A stretch of DNA of 56,293 bases, filler included, from Sphacelaria rigidula (taxonomy: Eukaryota), in NCBI GenBank assembly GCA_964200075.2. It is 4 parts of 4 records of this genome, joined end to end, with 100 filler letters (N's around TTAATTAATTAA, not from the genome) between each part and the next. Parts side by side here need not be neighbours in the genome. Positions count along the whole stretch, not along the records: positions 28,199 to 42,196 come from CAXNAA020002526.1; positions 42,297 to 56,293 come from CAXNAA020002527.1; 2 more parts are not named here. One strand, given 5' to 3'. The notes beneath the pieces were generated by a model that was not told the DNA's origin, did no database searches, and saw only the letters and a list, made by a program, of their open reading frames with translations. Shown here one piece after another: positions 37,521-50,100 of the stretch. The position numbers and the translations under genes are program-made. Within the stretch, counting starts at the first letter, position 1. Each line of letters begins with the position of its first letter.

Positions 37521-38824
37521 GGTGATGACGGATGGCTCTCCCATTGAATTTATCTGACGCACAGTGTTGATTCTGCGTTACACCTTTCTTCTTCTTGTCC
37601 TTGCTTCTTGATGGGACGTCCATGTTCCTTTCCTTGCTGCTGACAACCTTCATGTGGCGCCCGCTTCGCTCGTGCTGGCTACTGTACTGTAGTCGCATAC
37701 CGAGGCTCATAACCTACTGGCAATAGTGCGGCGTTGCTGTATATAGGATGCAGATTGGGGTGCTCTACTGTCTCACAGTTGAACTAGCTCAGCTTGACTA
37801 TCGGCATAGGGAAATCGGGGGAACTTGCTCGACTTTGTTGATGAATTGAACTCGGCAGAGGGTGCACATTGATGGTATAACTCACTTGCTCCATACGTTA
37901 AAGAACGAAGTCGGTAGTTTTCATAGACGCCTGTTTGGCAAAGATACGAATAAAACTTTCAATATCGTATTTCAAGAGATGGGACCTAGAAAGTTGATAG
38001 ATGAAAGAGACTGGCAGCTGTGGGTGGTCAGCCTGATCTGTGACTTGTTGAAACATTAGCAAACTCTCCAAGCGTGGAGAACTGTACATCCAATTGCACG
38101 TTTTGTAAAGCTTACGTAAACCTCTTCGTACTACGAAGCTCCGCGTATAACCTAACCTTCACGTATAACCTGTCCGCACGTAGCTCGTTGGCACTCGATC
38201 TTTCATCGCTTGGCTCCTTTTTCTTCTGTGCTCCGGCTACTCTCACCAGCAGGTGCAACGGCTGTGTGAACCGTGACGCAATGTGCGGTTATTTTACCAT
38301 ATTTTTGTATGAACTTTCCTATGACGCAGCGCCGTCGCAGAGCATCGCCTGGGACACAACGTAAGAACAACTCTCCTGGTGAACGAAGCGGGCATACGAA
38401 ACTGGCATTTACATGTCGTTGAAAGGTCCAGTTGATTCACGCGCAACATCTCAGGTGTGTATGTAACTGAGGAAACTGCACGAACAGCCGTTAGTTTGCA
38501 TACTTCAGGCAGACGGGCCTTTTCAGCACAGACAAAACATCACAGCAAAGTACATACGAAAGGGCATTCGATCTGTAGCACAGTGCCTGGGAGGAAGAGA
38601 GGCTGCTGCTTGTACTGCAGCAGCTTTTGTATACACGGAAAAAGACCTTCAGTTCCGTCGTCTCCTCACGCCACAACGGACGAAATGGAGCGAATGCTTG
38701 TCAGGCTCGACCCCTCAGGCCATAGCGAAAGGCTGACCGCGGTGACCGAGAATCTCGGAAACCTAGCGGATGGAGTCAGTTGAAATCATGGCCACGGACG
38801 GATTCCAAATCTCTTTCCCAAGTG

Positions 38825-39254
38825 AACACGGCTTTTTACAAATTGGGGATAGATTTTTCATTGGGGATGAAAACCCGGAAGATTAAAATCTTAGTATCCA
38901 CACCAAATCTTCGAAGTATGCTTCCATTTCTTCACTTTCTGGTAGCTATTGACAACTACTACACGCCATACGAATTTGGATATCGATAACCGAAATGTCG
39001 GGGTCCTAGGTAAAAAGCCAATTTTGGCGTGCGATCGGACACCTAAAACCCTCCAAAATTGGTTTTCGCCAAGGATCCCGACATTTCGGTTATCGAAATC
39101 CAAATTTGTATGGCGTGTAGTAGTTGTCAATAGCTACCAGAAAGTGAAGAAATGGAAGCATACTTCGAAGATTTGGTGTGGATACGAAGATTTTAATCCT
39201 CCGGGTTTTCATCCCCAATAAAAAATCCATCCCCAATTTTTAAAGTCCCGTGTT
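38825..39254. mobile_element. 430-bp fold-back MITE with ~200-bp arms
   Basis: AACACGG..CCAATTTTGG pairs with CCAAAATTGG..CCGTGTT around a ~25-nt loop at about 39028-39052. Confidence 0.9.
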
Positions 39255-42124
39255 AGTAGGGCAGGACCATAACTGTCGTGACTGCCACTTTGTCCTCGTA
39301 CCCTGGTCGTGCAGGTGGTGGGACTACGCCCGCTCACACTTATTTCTGTCAGTTACCCCATGACCTCAGGGTTTTGTCTACGTTACAGTCTCATGTATTG
39401 GAGGGGAAATATAGACTGATGAGTACTCTAAACATTGCGGCGAGACTGTTGTTTGATGTATGTTGGAGCAGCGCAGATTCGACACAACACAACCAAAAAT
39501 GGGGCAATTGACACCTCCAACTTCAGAGGTTTTCGCTTGCTAATGACGAATTACACCATGCCCTACTTGGCACCTGATAGCCCAGGCCATAGCTCTTTGT
39601 AAACCATTTTTTCTTGTGCCAGTTTGGCGCTAATCGGCTCTGACCTGTTCCATACACCTCACACAACTCAAACCTCACTGTTGGCGACAACCATCGTAAA
39701 AGACGTGACGCAGATTGCTGTCGTGCCCTCAATGTTGCACTAACTCCACTGAAATGAAAGACCTCCTAGCGAGCCAGGCTATGGCTACACATTTGAGGGG
39801 TGTTATAAGTACGCCCATCGTGAGTGTCAATAGGTGTTGATATACACATTGAAACCAAGCACACGTTTCAACGGTCACATATCACGACCATGGGACCGGA
39901 GCAAAACGTTTCCTTGTCCATGCCCTGCCCTTTCACGTCGCACTTTCGTGGTAGGAACGCAGCAGAAAGATAATTTTGTCAACTTTAAACCTCCGGATAT
40001 TAGGTGAAGAAACTAAGGGCGTGAATGAATTTTGTTTACAATAGCAGAATTTCTATTATCGAGGCATTTTCTAGCTAACCGAAACATTGGGAATGGCACG
40101 CTGAAAAGGTTCAACGTATAGACACTACTATGGTAGCCAAAAAGTTAGGCTTTCACTGCACATGTGCCCCCCCAACTTTTCAAGTGCGCTTTTGTATTGT
40201 TGGAAGGCACTCGTGAAACAAATCGAGAGCCGCAGCACAGCTCTGGTAGGAAACAGTATGCAGTTGCTACAGTAGCAAACTTCGTCATGAAATATGTTCC
40301 GCGACAACTCATTCCTCGGCTTCGTGACCCCTTAGGGAAATATTGAAATATCGTGCAACCTCCATATGAGGTATCGCACCCGTCTTGGGTATCCATATCC
40401 CAAATGGATGTAAACATCTAGATTGATGTCCAACTAGGATATCACATCCATTCGGGGTATGGAGACGCGTCTGGGAGATTGCACAGCATTGCACGACCGT
40501 GCCCCTTGAGTAACAACTTCAGCTTACACTAGCATAATGCAAAATATATGACACCGGGTTGACGGGGTGACGGCGATGCACATCTGGTAGCCCCTCCCTA
40601 TTGATCCTTTTGCGATTGGTGCTTCTTAGAAGTCTTCCAATAAATCTGATAGAAAGTATGGGCACCTACACATATGCGCATCGTTTCAAGTATTCCCAAG
40701 CCCCGATAGGAGACTACGCCTCTGTCAGCAGATATGGAAAAAGAGGTGTGTCATTTCATTGACGTGGATCACGCCCTTAATCGATTGACTCTAGGAAGCT
40801 AATCTCAGCTCACGGTGCGAATCTCGCGCCACTCGATGCATCTCGGTGCAGGCGAGATTATTTCGTGAGCTCTCCTACGTTTTTTCAGCAGCGATCGTCT
40901 TCTTCGGCATGCGAAATCTACATTGCCTTTCAGACGACAGGCGACCAGAGAAACGCTGAAGCTGCTGTAGATCCTGAGTTAAATATGATCACGACACGGC
41001 CATCTTAATACCGAGATCATAACACAGTGGAAATCTCGCGCCACCCGATGCATCTCTGCCTCGACAATATAGTTTTTGAGTGCTGCCATGTCTTGTGAGC
41101 ACGTATCGTTCCCTGCGACATGCGAAAACCTGTGTTGCATTTTCAGACGACAGCAGAGGCGCCGAACCTACCGCAGACCGTATATGAAACACGATCCTGT
41201 CACGGTCACTTTTTGTACCGATGGGTGAGACCTTGATCCATCGATACCCAAAAGCTGATCTCACCCCACAGTGGGAACACTGCGTCATTTGATGCACGCA
41301 AAAATCGATTTTGCATTCCCAGATGGAATCGCCGTAGATTATAAATTGAATACAAACTTGTTAAGGATAGGATGCTCGACCTCATGATCTGCAGTTCAAG
41401 CTTTAAGCCCACCTGCCGTAGATCCCGAATTTCATATAACGCGATCACGGATCGCCTGGTCGACACCCACGGCTATCGTAGTCGTTCAGGTTTTTGGAAA
41501 TGCCAGGTACTCATTACACGCCTGGCAGCCCTTCGGGTCGCTCAACAGTGCATTTCTAGACTTCGAGTTCAATTTGAGCCAGAAACAAAACATCAACGAT
41601 TTTTCACGGCTGACTTCAATTTGAATCAATATAAGCGTTGTCATAAACTACGGGTTGAATTTGAAAAAAATACAGAGGGTTCGCAACAGCGTTTACATTT
41701 TGGGTTGTTGGGCTGGCGACACCCGTGAATAGGAAAGCACCAACGGAAGGTGGGGTAGGGCATGTCCTTTTGAGTACCCGGGTGCAACACACGCAGGGGC
41801 CGAAGAGTGAACTGTGCAACACGATTCCACAGTATAAGTGCACTGTGCATGCTTATTCGTACAAGCACAGTATACGGTAATAGTACAGAGCAGCGGTCAT
41901 ACCACCACTGCACCGTAGAACATACATGGCAAAATGGTGCTGCCTGTCTACGCAGCCGCAAACACGGGATTTTACACATTACGGGCGATTTCGTTTTGAG
42001 GACGAGACCACACATCACGGCCGGAATGGGTATTTAAAGTTCTCGAACGGATGTAGATGCTTGTGGATGTTCCCACCATGGTTTGTTTGGAAACCATCCC
42101 CACCGAGCAGTTGGTAGTAGTGCG

Positions 42125-42196
42125 CGGGGAGGAGGGGGGGGGGGCGTACTCATTTGTTGCTTGCCTTCGTCGTTTGACCATTGACCACGCGTCCCT
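42125..42196 (-). repeat. Interspersed repeat (GTGGTCAATGGTCAAACGAC family) at the contig end
   Basis: Reverse complement matches 28308-28366. Confidence 0.75.
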
Positions 42197-42296
42197 NNNN
42201 NNNNNNNNNNNNNNNNNNNNNNNNNNNNNNNNNNNNNNNNTTAATTAATTAANNNNNNNNNNNNNNNNNNNNNNNNNNNNNNNNNNNNNNNNNNNN
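42197..42296. other. Artificial contig-joining linker
   Basis: N44-TTAATTAATTAA-N44. Confidence 0.97.
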
Positions 42297-42404
42297 TCAG
42301 CCCCATATTTTGTTTGAACCTCAAAACATAAAATCGGCTGTTAACTGAAGGAATTCATTTCCTACAGTTAAAACATCCAATCATCTATGTTGAGGATGGT
42401 GCTT

Positions 42405-42575
42405 TCGATTGAAGATGAGAAACCGGAGGATTAAAATCTTCGTACCCACACTAAATTTTCGAAATATGGTTCCACTTTTTTAGCCACTGGTAGGTAATTA
42501 TAACCGCTACATGTCCCAAAAATTTGGATGTCATTAACCGAAATGTTGGGGTCCTACGGGGAAATCCAATTTCAG
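42405..42575 (+). repeat. Single diverged arm of the 38825-39254 fold-back family
   Basis: CCGGAGGATTAAAATCTTCGTACCCACAC..AACCGAAATGTTGGGGTCCTA matches 38873-39008. Confidence 0.75.
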
Positions 42576-44141
42576 CCAATGCCTTCTTCAACGAGGGCAA
42601 AAATCGCCCTTTTGCATTTCCTCCCTAGTGGCTCAGGTGGTCACGTCGTGTCCTTTCAGGGGTCGGACGAATAATGATTCGTCTGGAAATTTCATCGTGT
42701 TAGTGGCGCCTAAAATATGTGGGTAAACACACGCACTTACTGACCGCACTCGACATTTGATGGGGGTGACATAGCCGGATTTTTGTTCACAGACGTCGTC
42801 GTGGTGCTATGGACGAAAATGTGTTGATAATCACAACCCTCCAACTTGTTCCGAGAGCGATATTGCGAATCCCACGCCCAATTTCCACTTCACCTTCCCA
42901 TCATCTGCACGGTTTCCAGGTTTGGTGGAGAAAGTCGACACCACTGTGCAAATATCCTTGCCGACATAGAACTTACTCCACCGACACACGAATTTCGACA
43001 TTAGGAGCTTTCGATACATGAGCGACGTACCCATCCCCCCTCTACGGACCGGTTCGTTTGCTTTTCTAGTTATTTCACGTTTTTCGGAGGCCCGACGGGT
43101 GGCTTTTTCGAAGTAGTCTGCATCCTGGGTCCCCAGAATACCAACACCACTTTTTTTAATTCTCGAGGGCACCAACAAAATCGCATCACGAAACGTCAAC
43201 TTCGGCTCACATTTTCATGTTCACGTCGAACAGACTCACGGACGCCGTTTTGGTAACATTTTTCAGTTTGCTGTTGCACCGCGATACGCCAAAGTTTACG
43301 ACAGTAGCGAAAAAACCTCTCGCCGTTTGAAGGAGTTAGACCCCGAGGTGTTGTAATGTGGTACCGAATCCGTGGATACCACCCCTCGCGGTCAAGTTTG
43401 TTGCCCTACTTCAGTCTCCTTTCAATGATGTATCGCCCCTCCATCGTTCACCACCTTATCGTGCTGGATCAGATGGTCTACCTGTCCACAGGACTCGTGG
43501 GGGCCATTGTGCACCTATAGCGCGAGGCATCATGAAAATCATCACCAGGAGGTATAATATCCGATCAGAGAGAATCTCTTCCAGGGTGGCATCAAGCGGG
43601 AACAAATGCTGCACATTCTCTCATTCGCGAAAACGTCATTCCATGAGTCAAGGGATGACGATCGAACGCCTCACCCGGCAGTGACTGCTGAGTATCGGGC
43701 CCATCGCGAAGCGCCACATTCACCTCGTTCACTTCACCACAGGCGTGATCTATACTAGTGGCAACTGCTTACTCATGCAGTAAGTACTTCGTACAATACA
43801 TGGGACGAACAGGAATCCGGTGACACAATTTTACATGCAAAACGGAAAACCACAACACGGTACATACTCTTCTTCCCCCCTCCCCAACCTCTAAAATACG
43901 AAGCAAAACCGTTGAAAGCATCAAAGAATACGACAATCATCCCTTCTTCCTTCTCCTCCTCTACAACGTGAAGAACACCTCCTCCTCCACCCACCCTCGA
44001 TACGTACACACAACCGTCCCAACATTAGCATACTACAGTAGCTGCTACACCGTGACTACAGACTTCACCATCTTCTCTCTCCCAGGCCCCATCATACCAT
44101 CGGGTTTGTGATGTGCGCGCCAAATAACAGGTACGGGGCAC

Positions 44142-47100
44142 TTAAAATTCGTAGACCGACATCGTGAAATTACCACCGCAGATTTGGCTGGGATCTCCTC
44201 CACATGGTTCGAGACACTTTTCAGACTCCCCGTGTTTCATGGGGTCTTCATCGGAGACGCTGCACCAGCACTGGAAGACCGTTCGGTTTCGGATGCAGTG
44301 CAGAGTAAGGACAGCGAGGGAAAGAAGGGGGGAGGGGGTGGGGCATCCGTCACATCGATATACATGAGTCTGGCGGAAGCGTTGTCGGTGCCGGCGGGTT
44401 GGCATTGGAGTGCAATGACGTCTGCAAGGGGCCATGATGTGTACGGGGGAAGGGGAATCATCCGAAATCGCGCACCAGCAATAGCACGTGGAAACGGCGG
44501 ATCAGATCTTCGCTACTGTGTTGCTCTCGCTGATTGGGCGATATGTGTCGAGAATACAAGACGTGGGATGGTGAATGGATGTGTAAAGAACTCCGCATTT
44601 TTATGTTGACTCCATGTCTGCTGTATACGGTGAGTGCAGTGTTGACTTCGCTTCAGTATAGTATCCTCCCCCGCGAATCCGAGGGAGGACGAAAGACAAC
44701 GTCAACATGAACTAATCGCGTCCTGTACAGATGACGTGACCTCCACGCAGCCTCATGCATTTGTCGACTCTGATGGGGTAACATGTACAGGCCATCTGGA
44801 GAACTGTGGAGTGCAGGGATCGGCAACGCAACACGCGAGACCACATTGCACAGGCTACTTTGGTGATGACTGCCATGTAGTGCTCACCTCGATGCCGTAC
44901 TGGGTACCGAAGTGTGTGCTCCTGAAGCACTCATTCTCGCACATCTGCACGGCATTTCCATCAGCGACATAAGGTACACAAATTGGCGGAGGAGGAGGGG
45001 ATGGGGGTGAATCAAACAAAGCCATGTGGTGAACGTGGGGGCCTTGGACGCAGCGAATGCACTTCTTCATTCCTTTCACATGAGAAGACAACGAGCAGCT
45101 GACTACTTCACCTCGTTGGTCATCATCGGGTCGACAAGCGTACGCTCCATAATGCGGTCGACATCCGAGTCAGCATAGCAGCCGACGTAGTAAGGTGACA
45201 CCGGATATTCGTAGATGCTCATGGATCCCTTCCCGCCGCAGATCTGTGTGTCATCTCCGATGCATGGCATGGTGCAGTTGCCAGACTCCCCGTACCTGAA
45301 GTGGTCGGCCGGGTCACCCCCGCACCAGCACTGATACGGTTTTCGGCAGACAGGACGAGACGGGAAGAATATCGATATGATATGTGTCGCCTCATAGGTT
45401 AATGAATGTGGGACAAGTTTAGTGTCGAAACGGAAATCACTACGGAGAAATCGCACTCCTTCGGACTGGTGTGTTGTATTTGGGAATAGACACGCTTCAT
45501 TGAAGGGAATGTTGGATGAGATGCGGGGATAGCCCCCCCCTTTTCCATGCCAGCCCTCAACCTGGCGTGAAATAGTCATGCAGCGCATTATGGTTATGAT
45601 GATGTTGAGATCGCTTGAAATGCCTAATGCGGGCGACAACGGTAAATCGATTCCAAGCGTGGAGTTCGCAGGTGCTCAGTGCTCGAATTCCACCATTTTT
45701 CGTGAAAGTAACTGTGCTCTCTCGATCCAGCAATTTTTACGGGGGCGGGAGGGGGACCATCGCAGCATGAGTCTCATTAGTTTTCATTATCGTACACTGA
45801 TTTTGGAGCCGTTCCTGCTCGAAACGATATTTGGTGGAAGTCGCTCCATCCCTGCTTCGAGGCACGCAAGCGAGCATATTGAACGTGTCGCCTATCTTTC
45901 GTCATGAGTGCGGATAAAAGTTGTACATGTTCCGCTGGGTTCCGGATAGATTGTCATTTGCTCAACATGAAATCCAGGCTGGAGAATCTGAGAAGTGCCC
46001 AAGGCTCCCCTCAGTTCGGTTATGCATGGTGGCCCCGTTTTGAGGTCAACAAGGACGTCAAGAATATTTCAAAAACGCAAAATCTTATTTGCCGCACAAA
46101 TGCAAGTGAGGGATCCAGTGCTTCAACGGCAAGAGGACAAAACGAACAAATTTCGGTCAGCCCACGACTGGATACACAATAATAGAAGCGAAAAATCTCG
46201 GATCTAGAAAAGCGCACCTCTTCACCGAACTGTGTGCCGAAGTATTGGTTCCCCGCGCACGCACCCTCGCACATCTTCGTCCCGATCATATCCAGTCGCG
46301 TGCAGGTTATGAGAGCGCGTACACGTGGGAAGAGGGAACGGGGCGATAGTCATGATCCAAGTGACGCAGTATACCGGTCACACGGGCCAGATCGGACAAA
46401 ATATCGGCCTCGGAAGATATACACATGTATCTACGCATCACTCCTTCATCTTCTCAAGAAATATCTGCATGGTGTTGCGAATGGGATCAACACTCGAGTA
46501 TATCCGCCTCGACTTTCGTCCGAATTCCCCTCGGGCCAACTTGCTTCACCCCACTCACCTCGGTCGTCATGTTCATGCTCGCGAAGACTGAGTCCATCAC
46601 GCGGTCGGCATCATCATCGGCGAAGCATCCAACGTAGCTAGAAGACATGGGCATGTCATCGGTTTCGGGCTTCGTCATCTCGGGGGTTTCGGGAATTTCC
46701 TCGGGAGTTTCATCAGGGGTTTCCGGGACCTCCATCTCGGGGGTTTCGGGAGGGGGAGCGGTCAGAGTGGGGTCTGTGAAGAGAGGTGCAGGACATCGCG
46801 CAGTCAAGATCACATACACAGCGGGCACGCGCGCGGGGAGGGAGAACAGAAGCGGAACGGGAAGGGTTAATATTGGAGTTTGATAGTAACGCGATGTTAT
46901 GACGACGGGGGAGCACGTGTTTATTTGTAGAGCTCATCCCTCCTGCAGTGTGCTTGCTCGGGACGGGCTCGTGATCTTGAGGGACACGAAATACAAGCGA
47001 GGCCGCATCACTCAATCTTTTTGTGAACGCGGCCCCCCTCATAACAATCATGGGGCGCACGGTCGGAAGGAACATGGCAACCTCATTCAAAGTCGTATAC

Positions 47101-50100
47101 GTAGACGTGGGCTTGCTTTCCAAGTATCCTGTCGGCACGTTCTCCCACGTGAAACGAAATGCTCATCTGAATTCCTCACCGCTGATGATGCATGGGGCCG
47201 CGCCGGTGTCGGCGCACAACGCAAGGGTGGCACGCACGCCGCCCTGACAGCACTCGGCAGACGTGAGACCGTTCGCGGTGGAGCAACCCACGCCACCGCA
47301 CTGTCCGCACTCCAACATGCAGCAAATATCCTTGTTTTGGATACCCGGAATGCCGCCATCACACATGCCATCTGACAGCATGTATTTTGGTGGCGCCATA
47401 TTTCAGAAGGATCGAAATCAGTCACGCAGGGAGGATGCGAAAGAAAGCAGGCATGAGCCCGGTTGTATTTACAGAAGGTCGCCTCCATCGACCGTCTTTT
47501 CGGTTTCTTCTTCATCATCACACATGGTGAGCGAGCGCCGACCGCACACAAGAAGGAAACAGAAGAAGCGAATGCGTTCGCCTCCTAAACGCTCTCACGT
47601 TGTCCCAAGCAGAAAATGAATCATTCAGCACTAGTCACACTATCACGACATGGGCACGCAACCCGAAAGTTGGTTTCAGTTGTCACCTACCCTTGGGCGC
47701 AGGCATGGCGGGGGAAGGAGCTTCAGTGGCACTTCCCTTGCGCTCAGGCATGGGCTCCGGCGTGGGCTCGGGCTCGGGCATGGGCTCCGCTGTAGGCTCG
47801 GGCTCGGGCATGGGCTCCGCTGTAGGCTCGGGCTCGGGCATGGGCTCCGCAGTGGGCTCAGGCTCGGGCATGGGCTCCGGCGTAGCCTCCGGCATGGTTT
47901 CGCGCCTTCGCTTGCGCGTTGGTTCAGCCGTGGGCTCAGGCGTGGGCTCAGGCGTGGGCTCGGGTGTGGGCTCGGGCTCACGCCTTCGCTTGGGCGCTGG
48001 CTCCTCTGTGGGTTCAGCCGTGGGCTCGGTCTCCGGCATGGGTTCCTCAGTAGCTTTCGGCTTAATAACGGGTTCAGGTGCAGGTGCGGATACGGCGCCT
48101 GCACACGTGGAGAGACGGGGGACGGGGAAGGAAAATGAATAATGACAATTCATTCAATACTGCTGGTGGATGGCTTCCAAGAAGACTCTGCGTGACGAAC
48201 AACTCTGGCACGCTGGGGGCAGCCACGTCTTGCTTCCGAAAAATGTGCTGAATGTGGGCAAGCACGACATTTCACACTGACACGAATCGTGCCAATTTGT
48301 TACACACGAAGCAATCGTCGCTCATTCCTTCCGAGTAGGACAGGTGTCGAGTGAAAGTTTGATCGATTATTTATTTCGTCGACGAAACGTTGCACGCGAC
48401 AATTTTCACCTCCGTCGATGATACACGGAGCTTCGCCCTTGACCGAGCACAGCTCGCCAAACTCCGACACACCGCTTTCGCAGCACACAGCGGAGCCAAA
48501 TCCACCGACAGTGGAGCATCCGCTACCACCGCACATTCCGCATGCCAGGGGACAGCATGCACCCTTGGACTGGATGCCTTCGATACCGCCGTCACACACG
48601 CCCGCTTCTTTTTCTATTCAAGATTTTGGAGAGGGAAGTACGGACCACAGATCGAACACAATGCACAGCGTACGTTGCGGCAAGAGAAGAGAGCCGTCAA
48701 TGAGTACAAGTCCCTCACAGAAGATCAAACATGGAGTGTCTATGTACTCGCCCCTCGAGAGATAGCCCGATCGTTGATAGGTAAGTGTTGCTTAGTTTCA
48801 CGAATCCTTGGACGTTCCTTTGTTGTCCAACAACTTTAGGTGTCGTATTCATGGCCGTGGTGGCACAAACGATACCACCACGTTGCACCTCGAGAGATGG
48901 AAAAAACAGGACAAATGGTGCTGTCAAAGACAACACAGGTTCGTACGAAAAAACTAGAGGGAAAAGGGGAGATCACCACGCCGAGTACAAGCAGCCGAAT
49001 CTTGGCCCTCGTAGTAAAAACAATAAAATGTATGAACTCGTGTCCTGGGCAAGCGTCACGGGGAAGAGATGCGAGTGGCTACACACGAACAGCAGCCAGA
49101 CACAACGCGAGATCCCTTTTCTCACCAGGTGCTGCCGGAGCAACCGGCGCCGGGGGCGGCACGAGAGCTGAGGCCCTCACGTATTCGAAACGGCGATAAG
49201 TGCAGAAAAGAGGGGTGGGTGGGAAGGGGGGGGAGAGTGTCAGGACAGCAAAAATGAGAGCAGCCGTATAGGTGAAGCAAAATCGTGGGGAACAAGCATG
49301 TTTCTCGGGGTGTTCGTCTCGTAATGAAAACGTATTTCAACCCGAGGGCGAAAGCCCCTCTCGGAAATGGGAAAAACGGCGGCGCTACCACCACCGCGTT
49401 CCTTCGTAGCCAACGCCCCATCAATGGAGTAAAAAGTTCACGGATGAGACCATGGGCCGCAAGGTGGCGCCCGGGCAGCTTCAAGTGTGGTGCGGAGAAT
49501 GACCGCGTCCGTTTCACAATCGTAGTTTTGATCCCCCCTTTTTCATCCTCATGTCTCCCTCGAAGAGTTTTGGCGAAAGATATGTCACGTGTCAGAAAAA
49601 ATCGAGGTGAAGACGGTAACGGTTTATTTGGTTTTGGAGGGCGCGCGTCTGAGGAGCCCTACGGCTTACGGTTTGCCTCTCGGGCTCAAGTGGAAAGTTG
49701 CGCAGTATTTCTGCTCAGAAGTGGCCGAATTGAATTTTTCATCCTTTTTTTCACCCACTCATGTAAAGGAAAAAAACGCAAGTGTGGAGGTTTCAGAGGT
49801 CATCCCCACGATCTGAAAAGGGTCTTACTTTATACGACGACACATTATCGTACGTCCCATGAGGAAGTCGGGAGTATCAACAGACAGCGTCAACACACAC
49901 CCCCACGTACCAGGATCGATAATGCATGGAGCCTTGTTGGTCTCGTCGCACAACACGCCAGATGTTTGAACAGCGCTTTCGCAGCAGACGTTGGCGCCAA
50001 GGCCAAGCACAGTGGAACACCCGGCGCCACCGCACTGTCCACACTCCAGAGCGCAACAACTGTTCTTCGATTGGATGCCCTCAATTCCGTTGCTGCACAC

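Noticed and set aside
37860..41730. Further decayed transposase or retroelement coding fragments
   Set aside because: Only vague resemblance, with no motif I can name with confidence.
28199..42196. Contig 3 as an element bounded by inverted GTGGTCAATGGTCAAACGAC repeats
   Set aside because: The copies are diverged, offset from the ends and lack a TSD. Assembly breaks at a common repeat explain them more simply.
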